A stretch of DNA of 64,000 bases. Source: the human T2T-CHM13v2.0 reference genome, Homo sapiens. Shown here piece after piece: positions 17,031-31,454 of this stretch. The stretch lies in assembly GCF_009914755.1 (NCBI RefSeq), contig NC_060925.1; one strand, given 5' to 3'. Both the position numbers and the translations under genes were made by a program. The notes under the pieces are model-generated. The model saw only the letters and a program-made list of their open reading frames with translations. It did no database searches and was not told the origin of the DNA. Position 1 is the stretch's first letter; the number at the start of each line of letters is the position of its first letter.

Positions 17031-18401
17031 CACCTTGCTGGCATTGCTGTTAAAACCTACATTCCTTCTGGGTGAACTTCATTCTGTGGAACTCAGTCAC
17101 CACCTTCCCACTCCTCTTTCTGAGATCAGTTTTGGGGCCTTCTGAAACCCAAAGCATTCTTGGCCTTTTTCTTTCTCCTGCTCTCCAGTCTAGATTGAAT
17201 AGAAACAAGATCCCCCAGGTAACTAATACTAATCCACTACCGCTGATTAAATTGAGGTGACTCCTGGGGCTGGTCATCTCATTTTACCTCTGATACTCCC
17301 TGCAGAAGAGGCAAAAAAACAAACAAACAAACAAAAAAAAGAAGTGAGAATTTTCTCATAGGGGCAGCATAAATCTCCAGTCTTTGCCCTGTCACGCAGA
17401 AACAAGATTATAATATCTGCTGATTATGCTTATTGGTCAATGGGAAGATGTTGCATGTTTTAAAGGATAAGATCAGGTCAAATACTTCTAGACCTTCCAT
17501 TTTCTTAATACCTTCAGTAGTTCTCTGCTTCCATTATTTAGGCATTAGCCCAGGAGAGACAGAAAATCCGATACTATCATTAGCTCCCACTTTTTCTGGT
17601 GCCCCTAAATGTGAAGATTAAGCAATTTTTTTTTTTTTTTGCATATGGCTCATTTGTTTTACTGTATGACCTTGAGGCTAAGGCTTATGAAAGCATAATG
17701 TGTAGGTGTATAACTGACCCAAAAAAACTAGTCTTCTGCTTCTGCAGAAAGAATCATGTTTGATTCTTTTTCCATTTTAATTTCCAAATCATCTAAATCC
17801 TACTAATATTTGGAATCAACAACCTTCTTCCATAACTTTCAGAACTTTCTTGGTACCAATCCCTCCCTGGGAGCACTGAAAGCCAAATCACTTCTCTCAT
17901 TGTATGTTGGATCCAATCTCCCTTATCAGAAAGCAACCCCCATGGGACCTAACAGCTTAGGCTTTTATATAACACCGATCATATTCAAAGAGTCTCCAAC
18001 ACCTGTATGAGCTACATGGGTAGGCCTAAACCAGACAAAATCTCTGTGCTGTGACCCTGTCTTCAGGCCAGTGAAATGTTTTTTGAGCTTTTCACAAAGC
18101 AACATGGAACTTTTGGTAGCTTGGTGTCCAGAATGAAGTGCAATAGTCTACTCCTAACTACTTGTGAAGCATAACAAAAACCACAAGGAGATAACTGAGG
18201 GGCTTATAGAGAGCCTTCAGTACCTACTGACCCAGCAGTGCCCTTGGTAACTGACATTAATGAACTTCATCCTGATCTCGCCACATCCAATATAAAAATC
18301 CTGATAACATAAGATTCACTTTCATAAAAGCTGCCAAAACTACCAAAACAGTCTTCAAGGAGGCTTAGCAGCTATGACAAATGAGAACCAGGGCTCTTTG
18401 A

Positions 18402-18780
<379 letters not shown>

Positions 18781-19639
18781 TGTTCCATTCTATCTAGTTA
18801 CAGTGTTTCCTAACTCCTGCTTCCTAGCCTCTGTCTCTCCAGTAGATAACTGTCTAATAGAGCCTCAGGGAGCTACCTATGACATTTATTCTAGCTTTTA
18901 GTGGCCAAAGGAGATCATAGATTAGGTATTCTGATCAACAGCACAGTCTAGAAGGAATCTATCTCATGAGCGATTTGGTAGGATACCTCCAAAAAGCCTC
19001 AGACAGTCTTATCAGCTTGTTCCCCATCACCCACAACATGAACTCAATTATTTTCTGCTGACAGCTGTGCCCATCACTCAAGGTCTTTGTTTCATCTGTT
19101 GTTCTTCTGCCTGGTTAAATTTGAACCAACCCTAGCCCATAAAGTCAGCTCTATTAATCAAGGTGCCATAATGCTCCTAGCACCCAAAAGTGACACAAAG
19201 ACCAAATTTGTGTTTTACATAGCTCACTCTGACTGCAGAACACATATGAAAACAATGACGTAGGAATTATTTATCTAAAATGGAAGGCACAGCATGAGTG
19301 AGAAAAGGAGTTGGAAGTAGGGGAGGAACATATGCTTCCCATGTTGCTGGAGTATCAGTGCTTGCTAGGATATTTCTTGCTTTTCCTAGCGTTAGTACTC
19401 TTGTCCAACTTCTCTTTCTGGTCATGGTTTTTCTCTGCTTTTCTTTTATACCTTAATAAATGTTTCACACTTCTACCCCAGAAAAAAAATGAAAAAACGT
19501 TAATATGGATAGTTCTATCATGCTTCCGACCTTACCAAAAACAATAAAATGTTTTCTTTGATGGATTGGAAGCCATAGAAACCTAGTAACTCACTAGGTT
19601 ATGGGATCCAAATGAAAGAAAAAGTTGAAAGATTTTTGC

Positions 19640-20050
19640 AATAATATATATGAGGCTGAATGAATACCTTAACTGGTGTACTAATGAGAGAAATGGGGAG
19701 GAGAGAATAAATTCAAGAACTATTTAAGAGATAAGCTGGCAGAACTTGGTGACCGATTGTTAAGTGGTAGGTTCCTAGCTTGACATCTAGATGATGGTGG
19801 TAGCACCAATTGCAATAAATAATACAGGCTGCAAAGGGGAGAAAAAGAAGGGTGAAGTTGGAGCACATTCAATTTGAGATGCCTATGGAAAAATTAGATG
19901 AAAACATCCAGCAGCAAGTTGAATATAGGGACCAAAGAGGTCTAAATTCGGAATGTAGATTTGGACATCAACAGCAAGGATGATAATTAAAATCATTAAA
20001 TGGATAAGACCACCTACATGGATTACGTAGAAAAGTAAGAGTCATGAGCT
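19640..20050 (-). mobile_element. L2 fragment
   Basis: agaacttggtgaccgattg...tttgagatgcctatgg...tagatttggacatcaacagc. Confidence 0.6.
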
Positions 20051-20084
20051 GAGGTCAGTAGCATTGACAACCTTTGTGATTTCA

Positions 20085-20165
20085 GGCAAGGGGACTGCTT
20101 ATGGCCAGCAGTTCAAGACCAGCTTGAGCAACACACCAAGACCATGTTTAAAAACAAATTAAAAC
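20085..20165 (+). mobile_element. FLAM/AluJ monomer fragment
   Basis: ggccagcagttcaagaccagcttgagcaacac. Confidence 0.6.
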
Positions 20166-20283
20166 TAAGAAACTTTATGAGATGAGATCAAAGAAAGAGG
20201 AGCCCAGAACAGAGATTAAGAAAGGTCACCTTTTCCAATCTCAACTCAAAGCACATTGTAGGCTTACAACACAGAGTGAAATC

Positions 20284-20335
20284 TGTGTGTGTGTGTGTGT
20301 GGGGGGGGTGTTGTGTGTGTGCGCACGCGTGCATG
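20284..20335. repeat. Interrupted (TG)n microsatellite; a second (TG)n lies at about 20532-20550
   Basis: Directly visible. Confidence 0.9.
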
Positions 20336-21375
20336 TGAATGGCTATGCATAAGGATTATATGAGAATGGAGAAAGGTAGTGAAGGATGTATACCATACTG
20401 TACATGTAGGCTACAGGACAGAGACAGAAAAGAATGGAATGGGAAAAAGGGAGAAAGGAAAGAAGGTAAGGCAAAGAAAGAAAAAAATCAATGCGTAAAA
20501 ATAATTTCTATTAATGATTCCATTTAGGTAAGTGTGTGTGTGTGTGTGTGTTCACACATAAAGAAAGTAAGAAAAAAATGAAAAAGGATAGCGTTAGATC
20601 TATGTCTCTTCTCTGATTTCCCAGGATATATTCTCAAGTGAAAAAAGCAAAGATTAATGTGCAATAATTTGGTCCTGTTTTGATACAATTATTTTTAAAT
20701 TACTCATGAGAATATATTTTTGTATATGTATCTACAAAAAAGTGCAAAGTGTGGAAGGTCCTCACTAGTCAACTAATACTGAATCCTTCCAAAGCATGGG
20801 ATTGGAAATAGAAGGAGCAGCAATAATTAGTGTTCTCTTATACATTTTTATATTGTTTCACTCATAACAACTAGATTGAATTATTTTGTAATTTATAAAA
20901 CATCCAATAAAAAATTTAAAAATCAGAGCAGTGGTTGCTTGAATTCAAATTCAATTGCAGCAGGCAGTCCCTCATCAGAGAGACCACCACCACATCTCTC
21001 TTGACTGCCCTATGACTCACTGCTGAGCCAGAGGCTACAGTCTATTAACGTGTCATCGGGCTACTATTTTTTGAACTCCTACTCACCGTTATCCTGCTGC
21101 CTTTTATCCCTTTACTGTTTATGAATCTTTTTTCTTCCTAAATTTTTAAATGCAGGCCATTTCTTATATACCTTTGACATCTCAAATATTCACTCCCCTT
21201 GGAATTTTTCAATTTATATGAGAAAGGCTAGGCATTCCTATATAATCCTTGGAAGAATAAATAAGTTAATTATCTGAAAATGTTAACCTTTGTTAAGTTA
21301 ATCATATCCATTTTATCAATGTAATTAAAATGTTTTCAAATTCCATGTGATGTGGTATTTTTTTTCAATCTGTAG

Positions 21376-22461
21376 TTTGGATTACAGAAATGGATAGCTA
21401 AAAATTTAAAGACCATTTGACTGTACATTCATGATAAATTAGAAATTAAAGAATATTCCCTAGATATTTCCAGGATCAAGTACTCCAAGGAAAATACCAC
21501 CTAAATAGCTAGAGAATATTGCACAGGGGACGACACGTCTATATATCACATGGCAACTGCTTGGACTGAGCTCAAAAGCAAGATTAACAAATGACTTAGA
21601 TTCCATGGTAAAGACAGACATATATTCTGCCTGAATGTTTCATGTTTTTCTCTTCTGCAATGAGTGACATCGTATTTTGCATTCATTACATTAGAAATAA
21701 TAATTCAAGATAAAATCAGTTTTAATTAGGAACAAAACCAAAGCTTTTAGATTTTACACGGCATTCTAAAAAGTGACCAAGAATCACTGCACCCTTCTAG
21801 GATCTCGACAAGGATTTAACCCTGTGGAATATCAGCTCAGTTCAAGAAAGTTTTGATGTTCTGGTTCCAGCTCAGAGACTGAGAAAACATACAGTTTAGG
21901 CTCCAGTTTTCACTGGTCCATTGTTGAGAAAACAAAATACATTGTTTTGGTTCATGGTTTGAGAAAATACACTGACTGGGTTCAAAATGAAGTCCAGAAG
22001 AGGTAGAAATGTTTCATACTTTGTATAACTGAAAAAAAAAATACAGGTAATTACTCACAATCTAGTTTTTCAAGTAAATTTTTCTACTGAGCAACATGGT
22101 TAGTATTTTTGTGCTAATCAAGCAAAGGGTAGTTGGTGTACTTTCCCAAATAAAGAAGGACTTCACTGCCACCAACTGAATCTTTGAACTAGAGAAGATA
22201 TGAGTAGAAAACAAAGGATGACACTGAGGTGCATGACCTCTTCTGCCTGTGAGGCACCTCAGCGTACAGCTTGGTGGATGGTCTTGCTGGGGAGAGTAGA
22301 CTTTGGATAGGCAGGGCAAGGCAGTGTGGAAGACGGGAGATAATCAGTCAAAATGGCTCCTGTCATACAACTGGGAGAGTTCAGGAGTCCATGCCAAGTT
22401 CAAAGTTGTACTGCTCTCTGGAGCTAGTTTCATAAATAAGGTTTAATCTGCAACCATTCAA
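21376..22461 (+). pseudogene. Pseudo-exon K with two tandem RGS-like domains
   Basis: Acceptor tttttttttcaatctgtag. The 117 codons at 21376-21726 have no frameshift and 4 stops. A second domain includes VLMFWFQLRD and SIFVLIKQRVVGVLSQIKKDF. Possible donor caa|gtatgt at 22461. Confidence 0.6.
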
Positions 22462-23459
22462 GTATGTAGAAATTTTTGTTGATATGTGTCCTAAAACCGT
22501 AGGACCTTTTTCCTTTATTAACATACTTGCCTTGTATGTTAATACATTAATCCTGCCTTGATCACCACTCAGCTCTGAATAGCCAGGGTTAGAGAAATCT
22601 ACATCATACTTCTAATTATTGAGTGTTAGATTTTTTCTTCTTCTTCTCCTCTGGTTTTAATTGTGCAGAAGTAAAGCCAACATAAGCAATGTAAAAATCA
22701 AGTCTTGCTAGTTAAATATAAGAACACAGAGCAAAATATCTGAGAAAGGTTACACCTCTTTAAAGATGCAAATTGATAATGGAGCTCAATATCAAAACAA
22801 CAGAGTGCTGTTAATTTTTAAAAAGGTGCAAATTGCTAATCTTACTTAAGGTTTTTTTTTTAATTGCTTATTAAGAGTCCTAGCACAAAAAAATTAAACA
22901 AAATAAACTCTTAAAAATAGAGGCCAAAGGGCTAAATATGAGCTGCACTATAATCTTTTGCTTCATTTTGGATTTCAGGGAGAGTTGCTAAATTTTGGAG
23001 ACCTTATATTTACCCCAGGGTTGGTCTAGAAGTTCCCACACTTGGTTTTTCAGTTATCTATTGCCACAGCATTTCCACATACCAACACCAAAAATCTGGT
23101 GGTGTACAACAATTACCATATATTTAATTCACAAGTTTGAGGATTCAGCTGATCTTGATCGGCCTTGGCTGATCTTGCCTGGCTCACTCATACATCTGCA
23201 GTTAGCTGTGGATTGACTAAGAGTCTCTGCTAATCTTAGCTGGGCTTGCTGACATGTCTGGGGTCAGCTATTCATTGACTGATTTGCTAACTGAGGTGAT
23301 AAGGCAATGGGATGCTACTCCATTTGTTTCACTCTCTAGCAGGCTAGCCTAGACATAGTCTCATGGCCATAACAGAGGAGAAATAGTTGAAGCAGAGACA
23401 TGCAAGCATTTCTTCCAACTGTCTGCAAGTATCACATACACATAGATTAATATTTGTTT

Positions 23460-24189
<730 letters not shown>

Positions 24190-25329
24190 ACATTCTGTTG
24201 GCCAAAGACAGTCATGTGGCCAAACTCAGAATCAAAGGACAGAGAAATCAACTCCAGTGAAAGAAATTACAAAGTAATATGCCAAAGGAGCATGGAAAAA
24301 AGAAGGGTATAGAATTGAGAAAATTAATGCAATCCAACACCTAATGAAGATGGATATTCAGGACCAAGGTATTGTCTCCAGAAAATGTTTTGTATTTGTA
24401 TGATGATAACAATGGGTTATATACACAAGACATTGAAGATATGTAGCAAGGAATGATGAATCCAGAGTTAATGAGTTTATGTGACCCTCCAAAAAGGAAA
24501 AAGAAACACCAAACTTAAAAATCTTTTACTGAATCTGACATGTTGAGGGTAAGCTGGTGGGGACCTAGGAGTGCAGGGTAAGTGCTGCTAGATCCCAAAT
24601 TTGATGTCTCTTATTTCTCAAGCTATGACATTAGGTCCTGCTAATTCAGGATAATTACCCCTTAGTGAATCCTCCCAAGAAAGAAAAACCCTAACCTGGT
24701 CCTAAGTCTCCACAACATTTATTACAGTTTAACTTCTCCTTCCCCTACCCCATTATTTGAACTTGAGAAATATATCTCAATTTCAATATTGGTCTACATA
24801 AAATACAGCAAGAAGAGAAAGCCTGCTGACCTCCAGTTTCCCATTCAAGTTCTCCTCCCCACCACATACGATAATTTAATATAAAGACACTATAAGTACT
24901 CTTTATGTTACTCATCATTCAGTTATTCCTCCCTCCATCCTACCAACATATATAGGGCACCTAGTCTGTAAGAAGAGTAAAGATCTTGCTACTTCCCCTT
25001 CAACAGCACTACCCAACGCACACCATAGCATGCTGTGCTCACCCTCTGCCTCCTTCTAGAAGCTGAGCTTGGAACTACTGATTCCTCAGAACCAGCAGTG
25101 CTGCACAGGCAAGTCAGCCAAACCCAGCAAAGTAAGAAAACAGAATTTTATTGCCAAAATTTACAATAATTATCTGAGTAGTGAGCTAGAAACTTCAAAT
25201 TTTAGATTCCTTAGGTAAAGATCCCACTAGAAAAAGATAAGAATCCCATGAATAGAAAGGGATAATAACTCTTAAGGGAATTTGAAATCCTCAGGAGAAA
25301 ATATGCCAATGAAAACAAACTTATTTTAA

Positions 25330-25995
25330 ATGCCCACTCTCTTTCACCTCTCACATCCAATCAATCACGTGTTCTGTCCACTTGACCTCTAAAAATATCC
25401 ATTAAATCCATCCACTTTTATCTGTCTCCTTAACCTGCAGATAACCTAGATACTTATGTGCCTTCTGTCCATGGCTCACCAATATTTTCAGAAAGAATCC
25501 CTAACCCCATTACACAGCCTATAAGACTTTCCATGACACTGTCTCTTTCCCACCTCTTCAGTCTCATCTTTTTCCTGTACATACCCTGTATCTCCCATAT
25601 GCATTTCCCTGGGCCCACCACATTTATTAAAGGCTTCAATCTTTGCCTCTGCCTAGAATGCCCTTTAGTGACCCAAACAACCTCCAAATGATAATCTCCA
25701 AACTATTCTTCACATCCCAGTCCAAAAGCCTTATGCACTGTGAATTCTTTCCCACCTCTTCACAGTTAATCATTTCAGGCCTCTGCATGCTAAATACCTT
25801 CTACCTATCTCTATTGCAGCCCACGTCAGAGCTTCATCGTAAGAATTTGTTGACCTATTTGTTTCTGATTAGAATATGAGCTCATCGCAAGTGGACACCA
25901 TCTCATTCTTCTTTGTATCTGTCCCTACCTGGCTCTTAGTATAATGCCTGGTACCTAGCAGTCACACAACACGTCTGACAAATGAATAAATGAAT
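25330..25995 (+). mobile_element. L2 3' region
   Basis: acatccaatcaatcac...tgcctctgcctagaatgccc...cctggtacctagcagtc...aatgaataaatgaat. Confidence 0.7.
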
Positions 25996-26638
25996 ATATT
26001 ATTCCTTCCTGACAGATCTGTTACCTCTCTCACACCAACAGAATGATATGCCCATGGTGGTGACTGGGACAAACTAAACATGGAATCGGTAGTGACAGCC
26101 TACAAACTTCTGAGAAGTACAACCTAAAAGATCAAGATAGTAAAAAAACAAAAACAAACAAACAAATATAATGAGAGACACATGGAGAAGTGGAAAAGAG
26201 AATGAGAGGGAAGGATTGAATGAGAAGAACCAGAAAAGATCATAGAAGTAACAGACAGAAAGAGTTTGGATAGGCAAGAAGAAAAAAAAAAAAGCAAGAT
26301 GAGAGTTATGACAGTAAAGGATGGCTTGGACACCAAGAGAAGGAGAGAGATGGAAAGCACTCTTCATAGAGAAAACAGAGCAAGGAAGAAGAAGAAAGCT
26401 AAGGAAACTAAGAAGAACCAATTACAAGGAAAGCAAAAAAGACTTATTCAAGGAGTATGGTGTTAAAAAGTAAATGAAGTGAAAATTTTTAAGTGCTAAA
26501 CTCTACCAAAAAAAAAAAAAGTATGACGGCTAATTTTTACAAAGTAAAACTTAAGACAAGTGAAGAAAAAGCATAACAAGTCTTTTGCTCGTGTTTACAT
26601 GTCATAAAATATTGAACAAGAATTAAAACAGTTTACCA

Positions 26639-27075
26639 ATAACTCTGTCTCTGTGCAATACAATCTACACTGTCCTTTTCTGGAGAAATGTACTCACTGT
26701 GTGGCCCTGTTCAGGCACCAAATCTTTCTAGCTCCAAGAGTTGTTTCCTCATAAAAACCAGGCCAGTAATATTGACCTACCTAGGTAGAATGCCCTTTAG
26801 TAACATAAACTTCTGCCAACTGATAATCTCCAAACCATTCTTCACATCCCGGTCCAAATGCCTCATGCACTGTGAATTCTTTCCCACATCTTCAGAGTTC
26901 ATCATTTCAAGCCTCTGCATGCTCAGCACCTAGGTAGGTCAATATTACTGGTCTGGTTTTTAAGAGGAAACAACTCTTGGAACTAGAAAGATTAGGTGCC
27001 TGAACAAGATCTCACAATGAGCACATTTCTCCAAAAAAGAACAGTATAGATTGTATTGTACAGAGACAGAGTTAT
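26639..27075. repeat. 148-bp inverted repeat with a spacer copied from 25654-25799
   Basis: Arms 26639-26786 and 26928-27075 differ at about 14 positions by manual alignment. Segment 26786-26931 matches 25654-25799 with about 19 mismatches. Confidence 0.95.
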
Positions 27076-27798
27076 GTGAAGAAGAGAAGGTCTTATGCAA
27101 ACCTCTCGTGGCAGAAGAAAAGGGAAATATAAACGAGCAGAGGGCAGAGAAGGCATGTAAAAATTTGTTAATAGGTTCCGGTAAAATGTCCAGGGCTTTA
27201 AACATACCACCCTGTGTCCAACAATTTATGTCCTAGAATGACCAAGAATCAAGCCCATGAAAGAGAAAGAGAGCTCCACTGGGCAGCAAACCACAAGTTC
27301 ATTCAGTTCCTTGATTTAGGAGTAGGGCCAGAGATACAAGGAGAACCCAAAAGAGAGGTCTGGCAGGGTGGGGAATCTCACACAAGCAGCAAGTTGAGGA
27401 AGTATCCAACAGCTTGTCCCTTCCTTGACTCCATGCTTCCTGCAAGTTATGTCCTTATACACATGGGAGGGCCTTCCAGCAGCAGCAATGAAACTGCGTG
27501 TGACATTTGAATCTCCTGGGCTTCCAACGCACTTCTCAAATAGCCATTATCTCTGGATTGCAATCACGGGCAGTCTCACCCACTGGACTACAACTTGAGG
27601 TCAGTGCTTGTGTCTTCCTCGTCTCTTCATACGCAACACCCATCAAGATGCTCAGCATGTAGTAAATGATAAGTAAACTAAGTGAAAGAATAGATGGATA
27701 AATAAACAAGAAAATTATAAATGCTGCTTAATCTTTAAGCCAAGTCCCCTGAGGGTTTGACAGCTCTCTGGGCACCTAGCTACAATTCAAAACATTTA

Positions 27799-27813
27799 CC
27801 ACTAGATGGCACT
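27799..27813 (+). promoter_or_regulatory. CTCF core motif
   Basis: CCACTAGATGGCACT fits the CTCF consensus CCASYAGRKGGCRS in unique sequence. Binding is not demonstrated. Confidence 0.65.
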
Positions 27814-30399
27814 ATTTTAATGAAGCAGTAAAGCCCTTATTCTGGCATCCTTACTATCAGATACAGGTAAGTGCTTTAATCAGAGTATAAAATGTGTTAC
27901 TACAAAGGTGGAATCTTCTAACTCTGTAATTTCTTACATTTCCATAATACTCTAATTCTCTACTTGTCAAGAGGAAAATACTTTCCAACAATTTTTCTAA
28001 ATTCTCACTTTCCCCCATGCCACTGGTACGGCCACATAGATCACTATTAGTAAGTTGAATCCTTTCAAGACCCCCTCTGTAAAACTGGAGAACCTCCCTT
28101 GTTAGGATTGGCTATTGTTATAGGTGTTCTCAACCTCATATACCAGGGCTTTAAAATCACATCCCTGTGGACACAGTCAGCCCTAGACAATAACCACATA
28201 AGCGGCCACCCATCTCATGGCACTTGTGAAGTCTCTCAAAGTTGAAACTCCTAGGCCATTGTCACCATGGCCAGTCAGAACAAGGCTTAGCAGCAGTAAC
28301 AGGCAGTCAGGCACTGGGTGATCTCTACACACTGCTATCAGACTCAAGGAGACAGAGGACCCAAAATATGTCTCTGAAAAAAGTGGGAGAGAAAGTAGCA
28401 GGAAAAGAGAAGGGCAATTTTCCAAGGCTTCCAAGCCCGCAGCAGTAATGGTAATCCTAGGGCCAAGCCATTAACTCCCCTTCATTTGGGCTCAAAAAAG
28501 TCATTTTCCTCACAGAAAGATAAAATAAACCAATTCATGATTTTGCCTCCTCTCTGTATACCAATAAGGTAATTACTGTAAAAAGGTATACCTGTTACAT
28601 TGGTTTTATTCCTTTTCAAATAAACCTGGTATTGAGAAGTCATGTCTTCATTTTTGATAGCTTCCTTCAAAAGGTCCAAAGGGGCATGCTGATCTTTGGA
28701 TTCTCAGAACGCCCTCCCCCTGCAGCTGCTGCAGGTTCCAGCTTGTCACACCCAAGCCACTCCTTCTTCTGTTCCTTCTGCACGCCGCTACTTGCCTGGC
28801 ACTGTTGAGCACATACTGCCTCACTCAGGAACTCTGGGAGAGCAAATATCATGCCTCTTGTACCTTTTTAAATCCCTTTTTATTGCCTAGCACAAAGCCC
28901 TGTTGAATAAGAGAATAAAATAGCCTAAGTTTGAGGCTACTCTAGAACTCAGCAATTAACTCATCTTCGTCATAGGTTATAGGGCAGCTGCACATCTTAA
29001 CTGGCACTCAAATCTACGTCATCCAAACCTCGTATGTTTAGATCCAAACTCATCATGTCCTCCTTCTATCCTTTTTCCCCAGACCTGCTCCTCCTCCTGA
29101 CTTCCTCCTCTCTCTTGATGGCACTATGGCCCTGCCAGGCATCCAAGCTCAAAACCACAGAGTAACATTTGCCTTTTTCCCCTTCCTTGCTCCCTCTTTG
29201 CTTTCACCCTATCTCCCCCTTTGCATCTCAACAGCGTATTCAGGCCTTCAGTCTCTCCTGCCTTAGAACTTGTCTCTCTGCTACAGGATAAGATTTTCGA
29301 GGATGGAGAGCCTTTATTTACTGACTTTCTCATTGTCCTTAGGGCCTTTCCCAATAGGAGTACTCAGTTTATTAATTCATTTACTTGAGAATGTATTAGA
29401 TGCTGGCCATAAAGCAATGAATAAGATAGGAGATATACATATGCACAGATAGTCTATAGTGAATATCAGGGAAATTTAAGTAAAAATGAAAGATTGAGCT
29501 TGAACTAACCCATCCCTAGAAGCTTCTCAAAGTATCTCTTATTTAAGAATAAAAACGTGTTTTCTTGTATTATAAAATGTGCAACATTCTATGGAGTAGG
29601 ACATGAACTACTTTCACTCAACTATAAAACCAGTGAAAAGAAAATGAAATTGTCCAGATTTGGGCACAGAAGAGGCAATTTAGAAGAATGACAATTTAGT
29701 ATTGAACTATTTTTAGAGGTGAGTGATACCCTATGCTCTGAACCTTCCCTGGTGTCCTGCCCAAATAAGAGACTTGCAAATCTGATTTATAATTTTTACA
29801 AAAGATGATAAAGGAATGGTGCACAATGCCTTTCAGATTACATTTGCATTTTAATAGAAAATGTCAGTGCCCCTGTCTCCAAGGGTGATGCATACTGGAA
29901 CCTTCAGGTGCTCTGGCATTTAGCTCATGAGGGCTATTCCTGGCCCACCTGATGATATCACACAGGCTTTCACCCCATCATAGGCAGGAACAACCCTGGT
30001 ACTACTGCACCCATCAGAGTGTCTCAGGCCATGGAATAATAATACTGGCTCCCTCTTCTATTAAAGGACGACTCTCAGTGTCTCAGAGAAATAAAAACAG
30101 TCAAGAGCACAAGCTCTGGAGTCAGAAAGATCTGGTAATGGTTATTACTGTTGTTGTTGCTGCTGCTGTTACTACCTTTATCATTTTCAGTACTGAGGAT
30201 TTCCCCGGGCTATACCAATCCCAGCCTATATCCAGGGCACGTGGGATACACCACTACCCCCTAAAAGCTGACTCTGAGTTCTGGGGCATACCAACTAGAG
30301 ATATGCAGAAGCTGGAATATTTGCTAAATAAGAAAGCATGAGGTCTCCCCAAGACTTCACTTAGCACCCATCCCCTCCCAGTCCCTACGGTTCCATTCC

Positions 30400-30600
30400 G
30401 TAATCCATGGCTAATACTTATTGGGTTATTTATTGCATGCCAGACACTATGCTAAGACCTTCACACACCTGACCTTATCTAATCTTCACACAACCCTATG
30501 AAGTATATTATATTAGTATCTCTGCTTCCAGAGGAGAAAACTGAAAATTAGATAGGACAATCGTGCCTCAGGTCATACAGTCAGTAAGAAGAGGGAGCTT
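30400..30600 (-). mobile_element. MIR
   Basis: tgccagacactatgctaag...aatcttcacacaaccctatgaag...gaggagaaaactga. Confidence 0.75.
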
Positions 30601-30769
30601 TCTGAATACTTTTATTTTTTTTCCCTCCAACTTTTTACAAAAACAACTTCTATTTGGTTTCCAATTACTGTTTTAAATCCCTACTTTGATATTAGACCAT
30701 ATTGTATCAGTAAATTAAGCCCTGACATTTAAGGAGAAGTCATTCATTTAGGTGCCTAAGTATAATTCT

Positions 30770-31072
30770 TTTTGGGGAGGCATCAGGGGGCAAGATGCAG
30801 TCTCGCTCTGTCACCCGGGCTGGATTGCAGTGGCACGATCTCGGCTTACTGCAACCTCTGCCCCCCGGGTTCAAGTAATTCTCATGCCTCAGCCTCCCTA
30901 GTAGATGGGACTACAGGCGCACACCACCATGCCAAGCTAATTTTTGTATTTTTAGTAGACATGGGGTTTTGCCATGTTGGCCAGGCTGGTCATGAGCTCC
31001 TGACCTCAAGTGGTCCACCTGCCTCAGCTCCCAAAGTACTGAGATTACAGGTGTAAGTCACCACCCCCAGCC
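30770..31072 (-). mobile_element. AluS (Sz-like) with an atypical tail
   Basis: Alu body; TSD ctaagtataattct (30756-30769) and ctaggtataattct (31073-31086). Confidence 0.92.
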
Positions 31073-31454
31073 CTAGGTATAATTCTGTATCCATGAGCTA
31101 ACCTTGGCCAATATTCCTGGAATATCTTTTAAAATATGTATATTGATAGAATTAAAAATATCCTGTAATTATCTATAAGACCAAGGTTGTCATTTTACAG
31201 ATGAGAAAAATAAAGCCCACAGGTAACACATGTCTTGCTCTAAGTGTCATAGCAGGAAGAGAGCTAGAACCCAGGGCTCTTCTCTTCCCAAAGGGCTCAG
31301 CTCACCAACTGAGACTAACTCTGAACAGCATGAAATTATAAATAATGGGCTCTTCCTTATAAGTAGAATTGCATGGTGGTAAGAGCAAAGGCTCTGAAAT
31401 CAGCCCAAACAGGCTTTTTCCCATTTCCATTACTATATGACCTTGGTCAGCTAG

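Noticed and set aside
26074-26466. Lys/Glu-rich ORF (+) and Phe/Leu/Ser-rich ORFs (-)
   Set aside because: Explained by a purine-rich low-complexity tract.
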